From Octopus vulgaris (Eukaryota): a stretch of DNA of 64,000 nt. The DNA is taken from positions 46,686,001 through 46,750,000 of the forward strand of contig OX597821.1 in assembly GCA_951406725.2 (NCBI GenBank), written 5' to 3'. The notes below the pieces were generated by a model. It was not told the DNA's origin and made no database searches. It was given only the letters and a program-made list of their open reading frames with translations. The translations under genes were made by a program, and so were the position numbers. Below are positions 1 through 12,439 of the stretch, one piece after another (position 1 is the first letter of the stretch; each line of letters starts with the position of its first letter).

Positions 1-176
1 AAAAAATAGTATTTTAGTAAAAAAACAAAATGATGCAATTGTGTCACCTGACAGTGCACGTGAGTGAATGTGTGTGTGTGTGTGTGTGTGCGTAGTGCCA
101 GTAGCTGCCTTGTTTTACGCATCAATCTCCAGCGAACTCTGTTGTTGTTGAAGCAAACGACAAGATGACGGTATGT

Positions 177-340
177 GAGTTCAAATTCCGCCGAGGTCGA
201 CTTTGCCTTTCATCCTTTCGGGGTCGATAAATTAAGTACCGGTTACGCACTGGGGTCGATGTAATCGACTTAATACCTATGTCTGTCCTTGTTTGTGCCC
301 TCTGTGTTTAGCCCCTTGTGGGTAATAAAGAAATAGGTAT
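177..340 (+). mobile_element. tRNA-derived SINE family A (Meta-domain-like core), 5'-truncated
   Basis: B-box-like GAGTTCAAATTCC, then core GTCGACTTTGCCTTTCATCCTTTCGGGGTCGATAAATTAAGTACC; near-identical to 53977-54202. Confidence 0.85.
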
Positions 341-892
341 GTTACGTAATATGTGAGGTCACCTGGCTATTAGCTTGAAAACAGATACCAAAATTGTTGC
401 ACTGTATCAGCTGGTTGATGTTCTGTTTTCATGTTTTCGTCATTTGTGCAGGGTGGCTTACAATGGTATATTCCCCAGTCAAATTGCACCTTTTAAACAA
501 TCGCGGTAATAGCCTTGTCCAAGTTGGTCATGCATAGAGAGTAAACTCACCCCAACAATTCCTCAAGAACATTGTGCTCCAAAAGTGACGTAACTATAAT
601 TGGATGGCTCATAAAAGAGCCAGCTGTTAAGTGAGTGTGAGACATAATGCTGTTTGGGATATCTGTAACAGCAAACACATCCCAAATGTGAGAGCAGTAT
701 TCTCTTGTGGAATACACTAGAGCTTTGAAGACTCGTGGTAATTGTTGGAGATTGATGTATTTTTTTCTTCAAAAAAGCAACAACATTACGACCAGAAGAG
801 ACAGCGAAGAATCTCTCTTCTAATCTTGCTTTTAACAGGTAGAATATGTGAAGAAATAGCAGCCGTAACTGCTTCAAATTCTTTAATATTTT

Positions 893-931
893 ACTACTAT
901 TACCATTACCACCACCACCACCACCACCACC

Positions 932-1000
<69 letters not shown>

Positions 1001-1030
1001 GCTACTGCTACTGCTGCTGCTACAACTACT
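893..1030. repeat. Compound (CAC)n(TAC)n microsatellite
   Basis: Directly visible; source of the poly-H/poly-Y/poly-S ORFs. Confidence 0.97.
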
Positions 1031-1261
1031 AACTATTACTGTCACTGTCAGCAAGGTGGGGGTCTATAAATGCTCATCCGCCCAACTAGAAATAGTTGCA
1101 AAGTACCCTTCATATTGTATGTTTCGCAGTATCACTTTAAATAAATTGTATAGCTTAGTCGCTGTAGAACTCAGATAATACAAAAAACTCGGAATGATCA
1201 CCGCTGGACCATCTTTGATCATGTATTGACGATTAGTGATGATCTAAGTCTAAATAAGGGT

Positions 1262-1470
1262 TTCTAATTTTGGCACAAGGCCAGCAAGTTGAGGGAGATG
1301 GTGTGTCGATTACATCATCCCCCAACATTCAACTGGTATTTATTTTATCGACCACAAAAGGAAGAAAGGAAAAGTCGACCAAGGCGTAATTTGAACTCAG
1401 AAAGTAAAGACGAACGAAATGCTGCTAGCGTTTTGCCTGGCGTGCTATCGATTCTGCCAGCTCGTCGCCC
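1262..1470 (-). mobile_element. SINE family A, degenerate
   Basis: Reverse complement of the family A core (AACTGGTATTTATTTTATCGACC...GAAAAGTCGACC...TTTGAACTCAGAA...TTCTGCCAGCTCGTCGCC). Confidence 0.8.
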
Positions 1471-1549
1471 TTATCTAGGCCTAAATAATGACAACAAACT
1501 AATAAACACGTCCATCATCACGGCGACGGGCACCACAACTCCTCTAAGT

Positions 1550-1664
1550 GACTACTACAACCACTACCACTAGTACAATCACCACCACCACCACCACCAC
1601 CTCCAACATCACCACCACCACCACCACCACCACCACCAAAACCACCACCACCACCAAAACCACC

Positions 1665-1756
<92 letters not shown>

Positions 1757-1757
1757 C
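1550..1757. repeat. Compound (ACC)n(ACT)n microsatellite
   Basis: Directly visible; source of the poly-T ORF. Confidence 0.97.
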
Positions 1758-2233
1758 TGTTAAAAAATAACCTTTTTTGTCCCTAAGTTCCTTTTTTTGT
1801 CTTACATTTTATTCAGTTCAACTCGTGACATTTCACCTGTTTTCCTGTGAATCCTCTTCAGTTCCCACGGTATTCAGTTGTACTGACTTGTTTAGTTGTT
1901 GGTCATTATTTACACAAACTAACCGGACACACATACGCGCACACACTTACACACATTTTCGCGCCTGCATGCACGCACACACACACACACACACACACAC
2001 AGAGTTAGACTCGCTAAGGAAAATCATGATGTAAATATACAGACGCCATAACAGACGTTTTTATACACAATGACATTATTAAAGCCAGTTGTCAACATAC
2101 ACATGAATGAACGCCTGCAAATTTAGAATGATACATGAATAAACAAAACTTTGAAGGAGAAAGTTATTTAGTGAAACGGATTAATGAATCAAGGGAGATA
2201 ATCTAGCTATCATAGAATTTGATGCAAAAGTAA

Positions 2234-2815
2234 GGCAGCGAGCTGGCAGAAACGTTAGCACGCCGGGCGAAATGCGTAACCGTATTTTGTCTGCCGTTAC
2301 GTTCAAATTCTGCCGAGGGCGACTTAGCCTTTTATCCTTTCGGGGTCGATTAAATAAGTACCAGTTACGCACTGGGGTCGATATAATCGACTTAATCCAT
2401 TTGTCTGTCCTTGTTTGTCCTCTCTGTGTTTAAACTCTTGTGGGTAGTAAAGAAATAGGTATTTCGTCTGTCTTTACGTTCTGAGTTCGAATTCCGCCGA
2501 GGTCGACTTTGCCTTTCATCCTTTGGGTTCGATAAATTAAGTACCTGTTATGCACTGGGGTCGATGATTACATCGACTTAACCCCTTTGTCTGTCTTTAT
2601 TAGTCCCCTCTATGTTTAACTCCTTGTGGGCAATAAAGAAATAAGAAACGTTAGCACGCCGGGCGAAATGCTTAGCGTCATTTCGTCTCCCTTTATGTTC
2701 TGCGTTCAAATTCCGTCGAGGTCGACTATGCCTTTCAGGGGTCGATAAATTAAGTACCAGTTGCGTACTGGGGTCGATCTAATCGACTGGGCCTCTTCTC
2801 CAAAATTTCGGGAAA
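2234..2815 (+). mobile_element. SINE family A trimer (three tandem core units) with about 20-bp target-site duplication
   Basis: Core GCCTTT..ATCCTTT..GGGTCGAT..A.TAAGTACC occurs three times (third unit partly deleted). Flanked by AGAATTTGATGCAAAAGTAA (2214-2233) and AGAATTTTATGCAAAAGCAA (2816-2835). Confidence 0.88.
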
Positions 2816-2869
2816 AGAATTTTATGCAAAAGCAAATATCTCGGGATAAAAATGTATCAATAATAATTG

Positions 2870-3075
2870 TTACCAATGTAGGAAGAATTTGAGGGGAATG
2901 GCTTTGTCGATTAAATGGATCCCCATGATTGACAGACAGATTTCAACAGCAAAACCCTCTCCTGAAATGAAAGACAATGTTGATCTCGGTGGTATTTGAA
3001 CCTAAACTGTAAAGAACAAAAAGAAATACCAGAAGGCACTTTATTCCATGCTCTAACGATTCTCTTAATCCAACA
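2870..3075 (-). mobile_element. SINE family A, highly degenerate
   Basis: TGAAAGACAATGTTGATCTCGGTGGTATTTGAAC and GCTCTAACGATTCT match the reverse complement of the core and head. Confidence 0.6.
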
Positions 3076-4079
3076 CTTTTAAGATATAATAATATTTACT
3101 TCATTAAGCCTATATGGCCTTTAATTCAAGCAAATGGAATAAATAAACAATATTTCGGCACATAATGTTAGGCATCACCGGTACAGAAGACTGGAATTTT
3201 ATCTAATAGACCGAATTGATACTATACATAGCAAACCAAGAAAGACAACTCAGATAATATCAGTTAATTCTCCCTAAACATTGAAAAGTAGAGATTTTAT
3301 TTAACATAAGCAAACACAACTGCATATATAGGAATGTTTCAAACGCAGACCCAAAAAGAGAAGCAGATGAAAATGCTGATGAGAAAAAGTATCCTACCAT
3401 AATTGATCCTCGAATTTTTGTAAAATGATATGCGTTATGTTTTAACCAGAAGATACAATACAGCCAAAGAAAAACTTCATAATTTATTTGTGTAAAATTA
3501 AACAAAAAACATTAAAATTAAAGACTTATGACATGTAATTCAGGCTTCATATCGATCGGTTGATAAATGGAAAACCACTGGGTTTGAGGATTTTCAAAAT
3601 GATTAATGGCTATCGTTTAATATATTCACTATGAATTAACATCAATTTACAACAGACTTACGAACAATAGCAATGTTTTATTTTTATAGTGCTAATCGCT
3701 TGAAAGATTTCGGTCATTCGCACGGAGCATTTGATAATCTTGATTGCCTTTCTTGTTCTATCTAATTTTTTGTGACTCAAGAAAAAAAAAACTCTCTTAA
3801 TTTAACTGCAAATGAAAAGAAATAAATAAAAATTAAATAAGTAAGGATTTCTTAGTAAAGCCATACAGTTTGGGTGGAGGGAAGAGTCGTTTCCAATGCT
3901 TCAATGTCACTTTTTGACCCTGTTAAGATCAAAAGCAAAGTTGAAGCCTGTGTAATTTTGAACTTAGAAAATAAAGAAGGGATGTAACTAAATATTTCGT
4001 AGCATATTTTCCTGACGATCAGTTAAATCGGCGATTATTATAGTGATATTTATCAGTCGATATGTAGCATACATGACCG

Positions 4080-5170
4080 AAAATCATTATCACTGTCAAA
4101 TATAGCAAACTATAGAGATTTGCGTAATAGTTTAAAGAATAAAACATTCCCGTAAACATACCGAAATGCAAAACTGAGCCAACGATACGTACTATTGAGG
4201 CTATCTGCTAATGGCTTCATAATTCGTAGAATTATAATAACTGTCATCAAATAAGATCATTTTCTAAAGCGTACTAAATGAAATACGCGGACAGGAAACG
4301 AAAAAAAGAAACAGTCCAAACTGACGAGTAATTAAAAATATAACGGGCTTCTTTTGTCGTATACAATTTTATATCTTCTTTTTACAAATATTTTAGATTT
4401 GCTTAAAACATATTTTCATTAATAATCTTTTCTATTATAGGCACAAGATTTGAAAGTTGTTGGGAAGAATCTAGTCGATTACATCGGCTCCAGAGCCCAG
4501 GCAAAGTTGATCTTGGCGGCATTTGAATTCAGAATTTAAAGCTCGAACAATGTCACCAAGCATTAAGCCCAGTGTGCTAATGATTCTGCCAGCCTACCAC
4601 CTTATGCGTACATAAGTAAAAAGAGATGTATGATAACTATGGCAAACTCTTTTTAATTCTAAACACTTTCGCCATTAGGTGTGTCAGGGTTTGATAAATA
4701 CACACACGATTTCCGTTTGCTGAAGGCATGATAGGACAAGTACGCATGTAATAGGAAATACAATTTAGTTACACAGAATGGGTACCAACTGTCCTTATAT
4801 AATAAAATTTCTTTAAAAATCAGGTATCTACTCAATGTGGCTACATTTGAGGTAACGAAAAGACTAGCCTGTTAGTTCAGTCACCTACTCTGAATAGGTA
4901 AAAAAAATGTAAGTCAGAAGAGGAGAAGGAAACAGACTTTATGATTAGAGGGGAAAGGCAAAAAAAATTTGGTTTATTTGCAAACAATTTTGTCGAACAG
5001 ACAGCTGACACATGATTTCTTAATCAGCCAAAATTAGAAGTCAGAACACTCATATATCACAACATTAGATAAAAGCTATGTTGAACAATATAGCTCATGG
5101 CATACGGGATTGCCACGACTAGAAAGCCTTTCATCATAAATTTTGACGAGATAAATCCAGGACTAATCGA
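4080..5170 (+). mobile_element. Possible Penelope-like element remnant (RT C-terminus to GIY-YIG), interrupted by a SINE
   Basis: Broken translations resemble PLE motifs in the expected order: HSRKHTE..LSQR/IRTI (cf. HPKHTK..LARRI.TI), NCPYI, KC...E.ET, and FIINFDEINPGL (cf. E..FI..F....GLN). Heavily frameshifted. Confidence 0.4.
4430..4605 (-). mobile_element. SINE family A, degenerate
   Basis: GGCAAAGTTGATCTTGGCGGCATTTGAATTCAGAA and TGCTAATGATTCTGCCAGC match the reverse complement of family A. Confidence 0.7.
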
Positions 5171-5604
5171 CAACACAAACATACATACGTAAATACTTAA
5201 GCACATATATGTATATTTATATGTATGTTTGGTTTGTATATATATTTTTTATTATGCGTTATTTTAATCGTAAAAATACACGTTTACGATTTTGCAAAGG
5301 AAAATGAAATCAGTACTTGAAATAAAGTGTGAGTGATTTCCCAGGGTTTTTCATCCAATGCGGTCTTTAAATTGACTGCAAAGGTGAATGTTCATTGTCC
5401 GAGAGATCGTATCGACACAGGAAATGTGAGGAGGAACCGGATGAGTCATCAGCTTTGTACAAATATATATATGTGTGTATTTGCGTGTGGTCACTATGAG
5501 AATTATGAAAGTCACTTTTGCCGGGATCCTAACAGAAAGGAGCACAGTACTAAACAAAGTAGCCCAAAATAATAACAGTAGAATATTTATCGATATCATC
5601 ATTA

Positions 5605-5803
5605 ACATCTTCGGCCATCTAATCATGTTGAACTGTTAACCCCTACAGAGTTTTTCTCTCTCTGTTTTCCCCCTCCTTTCTGTCGAAGTGGGTAGGCTCA
5701 AAACGTCAAAGTCATTTCCATTCTTTCCGAGAGTTAAACTAATACACCTGCTTGTTGTTCCCTCACTTGTCTTCGCCTTTTGTTTTCTGTAAATTTGAAC
5801 TAT
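5605..5803 (+). mobile_element. Dispersed repeat (probable PLE terminal repeat) with a hammerhead-like motif
   Basis: Homologous to 42366-42550 (minus): shared TCTGT.GAAG...GTAGGCTC.AAACGT.AAA...GTTAAACTAATACA.CTG.TTGTTGT. Confidence 0.65.
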
Positions 5804-6289
5804 GTGTGTATGTGTATATCTGTGTGTGTGTGTGTGTGCGCGCGCGCGCGCGCGCGCGCGTGTGTGTGTGTGTGCAATGAATAGCTAAAATAAAAATAAA
5901 TAAATTATAATTCATTCTTGTTAGTTGCCAGACGATAAATCGACATTTCTTTTGTTTAATATTGTGTCATTCATTTCTGGTGTCATTTGGGAGGAAATTG
6001 ATAATAAAGTTACAAGCCGTAAAAATATTTTTTTTTCTTTAATTCCAGCCAATCTGTGTCTCGCAATCTCGATAAACCGGAAGTCGGAACTGCCACATTT
6101 CCGCACCTCTTTTCTTTTTTTTTCTTTTTGCCAGCCTGCCCTGGATATATATATATTTTTATTTATGCGGTGTTTTATGAGAAATGAATAATAAGCGACA
6201 CACAGCCTTTAAAGATGAAACATATTGAAGCAGGTCGCATAAACTAACAGATATGAATCAATCATAAAATGATGACTACCATAGCGCTG

Positions 6290-6900
6290 TTTATTTGATG
6301 TATTAAAGTAGTTTCGCATACCTTCAACCTTATCCGTGTGGTTCCCATCTTCTCAGTTGTCAGATTCGACGCTGTGGCGTTCTTTGCCGAAAATTGGAAT
6401 TGAGTATCTCTGGGATATTAGTGTAACACACTTTTCCGGTAGCATCGTTTCTCGGTTGTATTCCTATTCAGAGTACACCGTTTCGTCAATTTTGACAAAC
6501 TTTCCAGGACAACCAATCGACACTAGGTTACAAAGATTAGGGAACTGCACATAGTCCCCTCATGAATCACTATCCTCATACACGCTGCTGTTTTTAACTT
6601 CCAGCTCTTTCTTAGAGAAACAGACAGTCGTTAGTTCTTTCATGCAGAGTAAATAAACACAACTATGGTTGTTGTGGAAGACAACTTCCTTCAAACTTGC
6701 TTCTTTTCCGCAAAATTGCAAATACGTGGTAACCTGTTTTCTGGTAGTGTCACTTAGCGCTTCCTCTAACAACGGACACTTTCGTTTACACTTGTTGATA
6801 TGTGTGGGGGTAAACTTGTTTGGTTTGAATAGTTTTTGTGGGAACGTATGGCGATTCCGGCTTTCAGCGTATCGAAATTGGTTGAAATCCCTCAAAACTC
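6290..6900 (-). mobile_element. Degenerate Merlin (IS1595/ISXO2-like DDE) transposase remnant
   Basis: Minus-strand translation KELTTVCFSKKELEV...SIGCPGKFVKIDETVYSE*EYNRETMLPEK...HSVESDN*EDGNHTDKVEGM matches Merlin motifs IGGPG..VEIDE...RKYNRGR and NHS..FV....G.HTN.IEG.W; contains stops and an internal deletion. Confidence 0.7.
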
Positions 6901-9589
6901 CAATAGTTAAAGGTCCATTACTTTTCTGTTTTTAATTTCTCCGAAAATTACGATTGAATCACATCTCAAGCTAGTCAGATTTGATTCTTGATAATATATC
7001 ATTTGTCATTAGGTAAAATAGTTTTGTTGCTGAGATAGAGCATCTAGTTGTGCGTGTAGATTGTAATAACTCAGTGATTTTATCTCAGTCGAGGGAATTT
7101 TCTTTCCCCTTGACCAGATAGGCAATTGAATTTATAACTTTTAAATGACAGGGAACTGAAATAATCTCAGTGTAAAGATTCTGCTTTTGTGATGAAAGTT
7201 AACAGAACTAAACTGTCCACCATAGACCGGTTTAGTATAATTTTCACCGTTTTAGTGTCATATTTACTAGTGTAGTACCATATTCATCGCTTTAGTTCCA
7301 TATCCATTACTTCTCTAGCTACTATTTTGGCGTTAGGCCCTTCGTCGGTAATCAAGCGTTTACCATTGCCCTGAAAACATTTGTTGTAGAATATTTATAA
7401 TTGATAGGAATTTAATTTTCAAATACTCACGCTACGTATTATCAATTATCACAACTTCGAGGATAGTATCGCAGAAAAGTATAATGCAGGATTAAATGTC
7501 TTCTGTTATTGATTAAAGTCTCTTTATATTAATTTTAATGACTTAACTTCAAGGTTAAAAGCATAACACACGAACATTTTCAAGGTGATATGATTGTTGA
7601 AGTGAAAGGAGAAATGTATTTACTGTTCAGAGAACTAACTCGAATGCTTGTAACAGAGTGGGTTCCGCTAAAACCACCCAACAGGGAAGTGATAGTGTCA
7701 AACCAAGTGACAAATTACTTTCTCCTTTTACATTCTACTAGTTTTGATTTTGCCTTTCACACTCAGGAGGTGATGAACAAGTACCTTCAAAATGCGGTCT
7801 TGACTAAAATCCTTTCCTTACGATACCTGAAATTGAACCCTTGTTAACCTTCAAAGTTATTGGTTGATGCAGGCACTGTGTTTGCTATGATGAGAACGTG
7901 CCATCTTGAGAGATCTAATTGCGTTTTGTTCAAGCTAAAGCTATTGGTCTTTTGATATGCGTAGTGATTGTGTAATTGTGTTTTAAAGTGAGTCAAGTTC
8001 GACATGACACTCATAAAACAGATTTTCATTCTCAGTTTACGCAGACAGTGAATTGGTACGGCGTGTCTAGGTTAGGTGTCGGCGATACTTAGCGAAGAAA
8101 GAAAGGCAATATTGTGTGCAGAGGTGTGGGTGTTGTTGGAGATGGAGACATGTAGATCGTTCTTGTATTAAAGCTGGGAGACAAACCGAGCGTTGAGGGC
8201 CACTCAGGAATAATTAAAGTATGGATGAAAAATTATATACCACGATGGTGTCATCTAAAAGGAAGCTAAAGATTCAAGACATGAGTCATGAATGGAGTCT
8301 ATAGATGTGCTTTAATAGAATCAAAAGCTAGTGTTCAGCGATGGTAGATCTAATCTACAATTCATTTTAACACCTCTACGTAGGCCTTTGATACCTTTAA
8401 TTGGAACCTACTTTGTTATAAGCATGTAGACCAGAACGTCGCTTTGATAATAATTTTTTTCTTCCTACCCCCACCCGCTAGCCTCAAAAGTCTTGTAAAA
8501 ATGTCATAGACGCTGCCGTTCTTCTCATAAATAAGCCATAAAAAATAAATACTCAAATAAAAAAAAGAAAATTAAAGAAAAACGCTTTAGTATCGTGAGA
8601 ATATGTAAGCGTCAAGTGAAAAATTTCGCTGAACAGAAGCTGTAAGTGTAAACCATATATATTCCCCATTCCATTCATAAATATTATGTTATCAATGATG
8701 CCACTTGACTTCTTTAAGGAATATTGAAAGAGAAAAATTAGTTACTATTAAGTGGCCGTCAACAGATACAAACGACGGGGATATGTTAAATCATTCATTT
8801 TTCGTTTTGCTCTTGAGATTAGGAAATAATTTATTTCCTTAAAAAAATCACGTTATTCATAAAAGGCATTTTTTTCATAATGACGTTTAATATCAAGGAA
8901 GAGGTTCAGTTGTGCTGTCTAGAGCTCCGTTTGCCTTCATTGAGCGGACTATAAATAAAGGTATTTAGAGCCATGATTATTTCGTCTTTCTAGGGATACT
9001 TAGGGTTAACGGTATTCTAATGTGTCATTTAATCTTTTTCAAGACTAGAGGGTGCGACATGAATGAGATCGAGTGACTTCAAGTTCCCTCTCTGTTGGTC
9101 ATTGAAGTGGAGATGCATTGATGAAGATGGTGTTTGTGATAACGATGACGTTGATAATTAAATTCACAAAACTTTATTAGCACTTGACCTCTAAAGAATT
9201 TACGTAGAGCCTATAATTATCAGAAACTGGCAGAACCCAACCATTTCTAAACTATATCACCTAAATTAAACTATCGTTATATTCTGTTAAGCTAAAGGTA
9301 AAGTCATAGAGCACGATCTTGTTGTCACTGGATCGAATGTATCCCGCTACACGATCCATGTCGGTCCATACCCCGACACTTCGATATGTCGAATTACCTC
9401 TTGTTATCAATTAGCATTATACTCAAAGCCAACAGCTATAATTTGCATCTAATTGTTTCTTCTCTAAGATATAACAATCTGTGGATGTAGTTCTTCCGTA
9501 TGACAAATACTTTGAGAAAGTGTTCATTAATATGATTGATCACTTCTAGAAGGGGTGAGAAGTCTACAGATGACAGCCGGTTCATAGTG

Positions 9590-10250
9590 TAAATCACAAT
9601 ATCAACATTGTGGTTTAAGAAGAAACTCGTCAAACACAGAATTGCTGTAGTTTATGCAAAGAAGCCACTTCATTATAACATTTACTTATATGTAGCTGTT
9701 GAACTAGCACTGGCTCGTTCTACTCTACAACAATAGAAAAGAAAACAAAAATTATTTGCATACTATCATCGGTGCTATGCTGTACATTAACTGTACACAA
9801 TCGAAGACTGGATTTTCGATTTGTGTTACCTTTCTGGTAAATAAAGTTGTTAATTTCCTTAAACGATTTACTCTCACTACATTTGCATCCAATTGCATTT
9901 GGAATACCAACTATTGTGGTTATAACGAGACTTATTTAAAATACTAGAATATCAAGAAATTGTACTTGAGGAGAGTCCATCGTCTCATCTGACAGCAGCC
10001 GTTTGTCTCTAGGTAGGCCCTAACTCCAACAGAATAAACCCGTTACTTACATGTAAATTGAAGAAATTGTTTCCTTTTTTGATGAGCTACTCCTTAAATC
10101 ATAACACTGAAATTTGGTACACGTGCTGACGATAAGTTTACCGTTCCAAGGTAGATTCATGTATGACGACTGAATGCTGGTTACTTCCAATCTTGAAACT
10201 CTTAATACTACAGTATTACTGAATATTAGACCTTTAGATTCGCTTGTTTC
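9590..10250 (+). mobile_element. Possible degenerate C-terminus (CCHC knuckle) of a restriction-like-endonuclease LINE
   Basis: CSLCKEATSL*HLL..C followed by ELALAR resembles C..C....TL.H.L..C..AL.RY; a later LLNIRPLD resembles the RPD motif. Weak and frameshifted. Confidence 0.3.
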
Positions 10251-10379
10251 ATATTTTCAAATAATTACTTTTCCTGAACTCTGTACAATCATATACTGAC
10301 AATGAAACTTTACCTTTCAGAACTTTTGTTGTTTAGACAGTAACAGCCATTACGGCGAAGACCATACTGAAAAAAACAT

Positions 10380-10900
10380 TTACATCCATCTTCTCCGCCC
10401 AATATTCCTGGGAGGGGTCGTCAGGCTAGAGTTCTCAGGCACTTCATCCATCTCAAAAAATATCTCAAAAATCTGTCTTTAGATTTTCTGGATGGATTCA
10501 TATGCGTAACTAACTGAGATTATGGATATTATCCAACCGTCTTGTTCTTGGTCAATCCTTGGACCTGCTGTCAGTTGAATTGCTTCGAAGATTCCTTCCT
10601 TCCTCCGATTCTTTCCTGTGACATTCTAATCACGTGTCCATAGTACAGAAGCTGTGTCCTCTGAAAGCGAAGTAGTGGCTCGACCCGGATAGATTCGCTT
10701 GTAACCGAGTTACAAGCCCCGTCGTTTCTCCAGGGATCTCCTAGCGATATTCCATTTCTGTCGCTTTAATCCACGATCGTGCATCTTTATAACCAAAGGT
10801 GAGAATAGGTGCGAGACTTTCCTACAAAAACTGAGGATTTCGAAACAGAATGGAGACTGCTTTGTTGGGCAAACAATACTGTAGGCGAAAGAGGTTCGTT
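10380..10900 (-). mobile_element. RTE-clade LINE 3' fragment
   Basis: Minus-strand translation IKATEME...SIRVEPLLRFQRTQLLYYGHVIRMSQERI matches the RTE C-terminal QL.W.GHV.RM..ER motif. Confidence 0.75.
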
Positions 10901-11185
10901 GTGGAAACACGTGACAAAATAACCCCCATTTTTAACTCGGAAGTTAACTCGGATGGCAAAATGCCATCCGAATAAAAAAGAATTACAAGTCTTGACTGGG
11001 GAAAAAAATCTTCCACTCGTGATAAATTAAACAACTAATTTAATTATAGTCAATTAAATCGACTAGGCCAGCAAACTCTACATGTTCGATATTAAAATTA
11101 TCTGCTGTGGCTGCTGGAACTAGCTTCCAACATTTATCCTGTTGATGACACGTATTGATGCAGAAACATGGGTCCACAACAGTTC

Positions 11186-11229
11186 TATATATATGTATAT
11201 ATACACATATATATACACACACACACACG

Positions 11230-11300
<71 letters not shown>
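11186..11300. repeat. (TA)n/(CA)n microsatellite
   Basis: Directly visible. Confidence 0.95.
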
Positions 11301-11301
<1 letters not shown>

Positions 11302-11879
11302 CTCTTTTACTTGTTTCAGTCATTTGACTGCGACCATACTTTAGCGACAGAACTACGACAGCATCACCCAAAGCACACGTACACCACAACTTGCCGCCGA
11401 GAAAACCAATACCCACCTCAAAATAGTGCTAAGAGAACATATACACCAGACTAATACATAAATGGATCAGCACAGCACTTTCATCCCAAACTTCGTGCTG
11501 ATAAGGAGCAGAAAATAAAAAAAGTGATGTCCTTAGTGGAAAATAAAAACGGAAATTTTGAAAGAGGGAGAGATATTCAGGGCCTGTACTTTCAAATTGT
11601 CAAAAAATTTGGAATTAATAAAGTTGAACTTTAGGGCATATAAAATACTAAGGGAGAATTTTACCAATAAAGTGGTATATCTAATCGTAAGGACTTGCAG
11701 AATGCTCCCAAATGAATTTCAAAAAGAAACTTAAAATTAAAAAAAGACCGAGTCGCTCGCTTCAGGAACGCCACATAGGTCAGTAAACCGATTCTTTTTT
11801 TCTTTATTTTTCAAATAACGTGGCACTAAGAGTGGCATGGGGTCACCATGGAAGCAGGGTCGTCAGTTCGTTGACCCAA

Positions 11880-12330
11880 GTTTTCCAATTTTAAATGTGA
11901 GAGCCATGGGTGAGGTCAAGATTTACGACATACGCGTATTAGCACCCATTTTGGGCGATTTTGAAATCGTTGCACCTCATATTTGACTCTGAACCGGGTG
12001 CTGGATGGTGTAGCAGTTTTGGAAAGGTCTGGCCCTTGAGACGTGATCGATCTTCCTGGAACTTGGCGGTAAGTTGATGGTTCTGGACGTGAACAATAGC
12101 GAAGACATTGCCATTATTGCTCCGATTGGGGCAGGATATCCGAGCTTCTTCTGGTGTCTGGAAGTCTTCTGGGGAACGTACCGTTCTTTAGTGCCAGTGA
12201 GCGATTGAAGCATTATCTTAGATACACATCTGGATTGTGCGGGGCTAGTTGAAAGGAGATGTGACCGGAAAAGTCTCACAAATCTGCTCAGTCGTTTTCA
12301 ACTGGCTGAAGATACCGACTGGATTTCTCA
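11880..12330 (+). mobile_element. Tx1/L1-clade LINE APE endonuclease fragment
   Basis: Translation GGKLMVLDV...IIAPIGAGYPSFFWCLEVFWGTYRSLVPVSD*SIILDTHLD...LTNLLSRFQL matches YAP....FF..L......LVL.GD.N.ILD of L1/Tx1 endonucleases. Confidence 0.7.
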
Positions 12331-12439
12331 AATGCACAAATGTACATGTGAACAAACAGTATTGGATAATCAAGATGGTATATAGACAGAGCATTCTGTA
12401 GGACGGTAGATGGAGATAGCATATACTGGGATATATTGC

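Noticed and set aside
563-1763. Poly-S/G, poly-H/Y and poly-T ORFs
   Set aside because: Translations of trinucleotide microsatellites.
2234-2815. Repeated ~45-bp core with intervening sequence, superficially CRISPR-like
   Set aside because: The intervening parts are also homologous to each other and the unit is a dispersed SINE; no cas genes, eukaryotic context.
3260-3505. Hydrophobic 81-aa ORF resembling a membrane protein
   Set aside because: Hydrophobicity is explained by T-richness; no recognisable motif or splice support.
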